DNA of 64,000 nt, from contig OZ024741.1 of NCBI GenBank assembly GCA_964016885.1, positions 237,150,001-237,214,000 of the forward strand, given 5' to 3'. Origin of the DNA: Eledone cirrhosa (taxonomy: Eukaryota). The position numbers were made by a program, and so were the translations under genes. Under the pieces are notes generated by a model. That model saw only the letters and a list, made by a program, of their open reading frames with translations. It did not search any database and had not been told where the DNA came from. Positions within the stretch are counted from its first letter, which is position 1. Every line of letters begins with the position of its first letter. Positions 60,836 to 64,000 of the stretch are shown here, in pieces.

Positions 60836-60882
60836 TGCTCCGATGACTCCAAACAAAAGTTTGGAAGAAACGATTGTCAGCA
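60836..60882 (+). ncRNA. Degenerate minimal type I hammerhead
   Basis: TGCT CCGATGA CTCCAAAC-AAAA-GTTTGGAA GAAAC GATT GTC AGCA; U4C substitution and a mismatched stem II closing pair. Confidence 0.55.
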
Positions 60883-61230
60883 ATAAAATGATTTGAACAT
60901 AACTTTGATTATTGTGTAATTTATATATCTGTATATATGTATATAGAAATATATATATATATTGTATATATATAAGAAATGAACAAACAAGAGGATGCAT
61001 TAACAAAGTCGTATTAGTTTCACACTTAAAAGAAGGAGAGTAAGTTATGTACATAGGTATACATATATATATATATATACATATATTAATAATTCCTATG
61101 TGATCAGGTTATTGAATTTGGTTTTTGAATTCCAACATATTGTATTTGGTTGGGCATTCAAGCAAGCTACAGAGTCATATATATATGTATATCTTTTACA
61201 ACAGAAACAAAGGTCAAAGTTTTTGATTAA

Positions 61231-61604
61231 CCCTTTAGCATTTAAACCGGCTGTATCCGGCCAGAATTCTCTCACCTCTTTCTGTTTAAACTGGCTGCTC
61301 ATACTTATGTTAAGGTATTGTTCTTAAAATAAATAATATCAAAAACTCATAGATTCAGTATAATTGTTTCTACTTTTGGCACAAGGCCAGCAATTACCCA
61401 GTACATTACTGGTACTTTATTTTATCGACCCAGTAAGGATGAAAGGCAAAGTAAACCTCGGCGGGATTTGAACTCAGGGAGGTAACTCTATGCTTCAAAG
61501 CATGGCGTCCGACCCTCTACCGATAATGTAGGATAATTATGTGAGGTAAAGCCTTTATCATGAAAATATAATAGTAAATATAGAGTAATGTAAATGCTAA
61601 AGAG
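61231..61604. mobile_element. piggyBac-like TTAA MITE interrupted by SINE B (61361-61527)
   Basis: TTAA/CCCTTTAGCATTTA ... TAAATGCTAAAGAG/TTAA; homologous to 19386-19939. Confidence 0.75.
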
Positions 61605-62049
61605 TTAATTAGTTCCTTGCTTTACTATCGTTTCAGAAGGTTGATAAATCATTATGAATTGATATAATGACTAATCAATAGTCGTTATAAATCCATGTTA
61701 TTAGTCTACTGATCCATCTGTTTTCATTAGAAACAATGATCTAGAATCTTTATTTGGAAGAAACTCATTCATTGTTTCTGACGAAGTTGGTGAGATGGAT
61801 CTATAGTATAGAGTCTAATAATATGGAATTACATAACTACTATCGATTAGTTACTATATCGATGGATCATAATCAGTCAATCTTCTGAAAACAATGAACT
61901 AATTAAGCACTAAACTTCGCCTTTTGTTTTCATGGTTCAACTTATATATTTTTATATATATGCGATGCTGTGCTGAATAGGACCTGGGACACCCTTGCAA
62001 GCAGGGAAAAGCGGACGTAAAATGATGATGACGTGTGTGTGTATATATA

Positions 62050-63330
62050 CAGGGTGTGGACGATATTTGTTCGCAATTTTCAACTGCTAATTTTATGCAA
62101 TTTTTTTTTACTTCTGCTGTCACTCTTGTCTTCATAAAAACAGTGACTATATTCCATTATATTCCATTATTTATTTTCAGAATAATGGATTATGAATAAT
62201 TTTGAACCTCCAATTTCTTCTTGGAATCCGTGCCGGGAGGACAAATAAGGAAATTTCAGACTTTCTCAGCGTCAACAGGAGAATGGCGGAAAAGGTCAGA
62301 AAGGAATTGGAAGATTCAGGATTCGACTACGAAGCAACATCAGAGAGGAAAACACATGATCGACGATCTGACGCCTTCAGAACACCCGAGTTCATCCCTG
62401 AAGTTCAGGATATCATCAACAATGACCTAGCAAGTCGATGCGTGCCATTGCAAGGGAGAAAGGCGTAGATGAAAAGCTCATTAGGCTGGTGGTAAATGAA
62501 GACATTCGCTACGTTTCATACAAGATGAGGAAAGGACAATTTCTGTCAAAGGCGATGCAAGAAAAGCGACTGAAGCACGCAAAGAAGCTAATCAATAAGT
62601 TGAAACACCCACTGGAGCCAGACATGCTGTGGTTTTTCTCCGACGAGAAAAACTTCTGCCAAGACCAGAAGATCAACTCCCAAAACAACAGGTGGCCCGC
62701 TGTCTCATCCAAAGACATGCCCAGAGTCATGCAGACAAAGTTTCCAGCGACAACATTGATCTTAGGTGTCATCAGCAGTCAAGGTGACGTCATGCCACCT
62801 CACTTCTTCCCTGAGGGCCTCAAGCTGAACACCGATGGCTACATCCGCGTTCTGAGCGAGGTAGTAAAGCCCTGGATCGACCAGGTAGCTGCAGGTAGGC
62901 CGTACGTGTGGCAGCAAGACTCAGCGCCCTGCCATACCAGCCGAAAGACCCAAGCCTGGCTGTCAGAGAACTTCGTCGACCACACTTCACCTGACATCTG
63001 GCCTCTCAGCTCGCCTGTCTGCAACCCCCTCAACTTCTTTGTATGGGGTGCAGTGGAACGAGACACCAACAGATCTAGCTGCAATACGAAAGGTGATCAC
63101 AAGTGCCTTTACGGGCTTAAGTCGGAGGACAGTGACGAAGGCCTGTAGCCGGTTCCAAGGCCGCCTTCAGGCCGTCATCAAAGCTCATGGCGGGTTTATC
63201 GAGTGAGATCGAAAGAACAAGTCATGAAGACAAACTGACCCAAGTTTGATAAATATATCTTAAAAAATAAAACTACTGTGTTAATTTTTCCTAGACAGTA
63301 ATCTTGCGAACAAATATCGTCCGCACCCTG
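62050..63330 (+). mobile_element. Tc1/mariner DD37D (maT-type) transposon, full length, inactivated
   Basis: 27-bp TIRs CAGGGTG(T/C)GGACGATATTTGTTCGCAA flanked by TA. Transposase FSDEK...QQDSAPCH...SPVCNPLN has 37 residues after the second D and the third D changed to N; frameshifts near 62430 and 63090. Confidence 0.93.
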
Positions 63331-63670
63331 TATATATATATATGTATGCACATTCACCACCACCCCCACCCTACCCCACCCTATATACATAATATATCTA
63401 TATAATATATATACTATACATATATATATAAACTATATGTATGATATATATATACTATATATGTATGATATATATATATATATATACTCTATATATAAAA
63501 TATATATATACTATATATATATATAATATATATATATTATATATATAATATATATACTATATATATTATATATATATATACTATATATATAAAATATATA
63601 TACTATACATATACTATATATATATATATATACTCTCTCTCTCTATATATATATACATACTATAAATATA

Positions 63671-63861
63671 TAATTGTTTCTACATTTGGCACAAGGCCAG
63701 CAATTACCCAGTGCATTACTGGTACTTTATTTTATCGACCCCCGTAAGGATGAAAGGCAAAGCTAACCTCGGCGGGATTTGAACCCAGACCGTAAAGGGA
63801 CGTAACTATGCTGGAAAGCATGGCGTCCGACCCTCTATCGATACTGCCAATTCACCGCCCT
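63671..63861 (-). mobile_element. SINE family B, full length (another copy begins at 63966)
   Basis: Minus strand GGGCGGTGAATTGGCAGTATCG...GGGTTCAAATCCCGCCGAGG...GTAGAAACAATT, in (TA)n. Confidence 0.88.
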
Positions 63862-63896
63862 CATATATATATATACTATATATATATACTATATAT

Positions 63897-63941
<45 letters not shown>

Positions 63942-64000
63942 TACTATATATATACTATATATATATAATTGTTTCTACTATTGGCACAAGGCCAGCAATT

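Noticed and set aside
39900-61060. Dozens of Y/I/M/C-rich ORFs in the ORF track
   Set aside because: They are translations of (TA)n/(TG)n microsatellites, which lack stop codons in these frames.
61778-61830. CTGACGA hammerhead candidate
   Set aside because: No downstream stem II-GAAA.

Overview
This is AT-rich, repeat-dense animal genomic DNA. The repeat content (CORE-like tRNA SINEs, RTE LINEs with ATG-repeat tails, long TA microsatellites) and intronless C2H2 zinc-finger genes suggest an octopus-like cephalopod; this is an inference, not a database result. Only two convincing host genes are present, both convergent C2H2 zinc-finger genes with uninterrupted CDSs: 11847-13079 (+, 6 fingers) and 27630-29660 (-, 12 fingers as a triplicated 4-finger module). 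Each is preceded by minisatellite arrays. The rest is mobile DNA: many RTE LINE copies (two with twin-priming-type 5' inversions, one family with a PHD-like finger inside ORF2), R4/Dong-like and Vingi-like LINE remnants, a Gypsy integrase remnant, three SINE families, a DD37D (maT) Tc1/mariner element, TTAA MITEs, Helitron ends and a U2 snRNA fragment. The most striking unannotated signal is a set of unrelated short elements between 37 and 61 kb that carry type I hammerhead ribozyme folds and sit in (TA)n tracts. It includes two inverted copies of an extended hammerhead with a compensatory U3-A8 core pair, two canonical-core hammerheads and several decayed or half copies, consistent with Penelope-dependent or retrozyme-like elements. 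All calls were made by eye and repeat boundaries are approximate.
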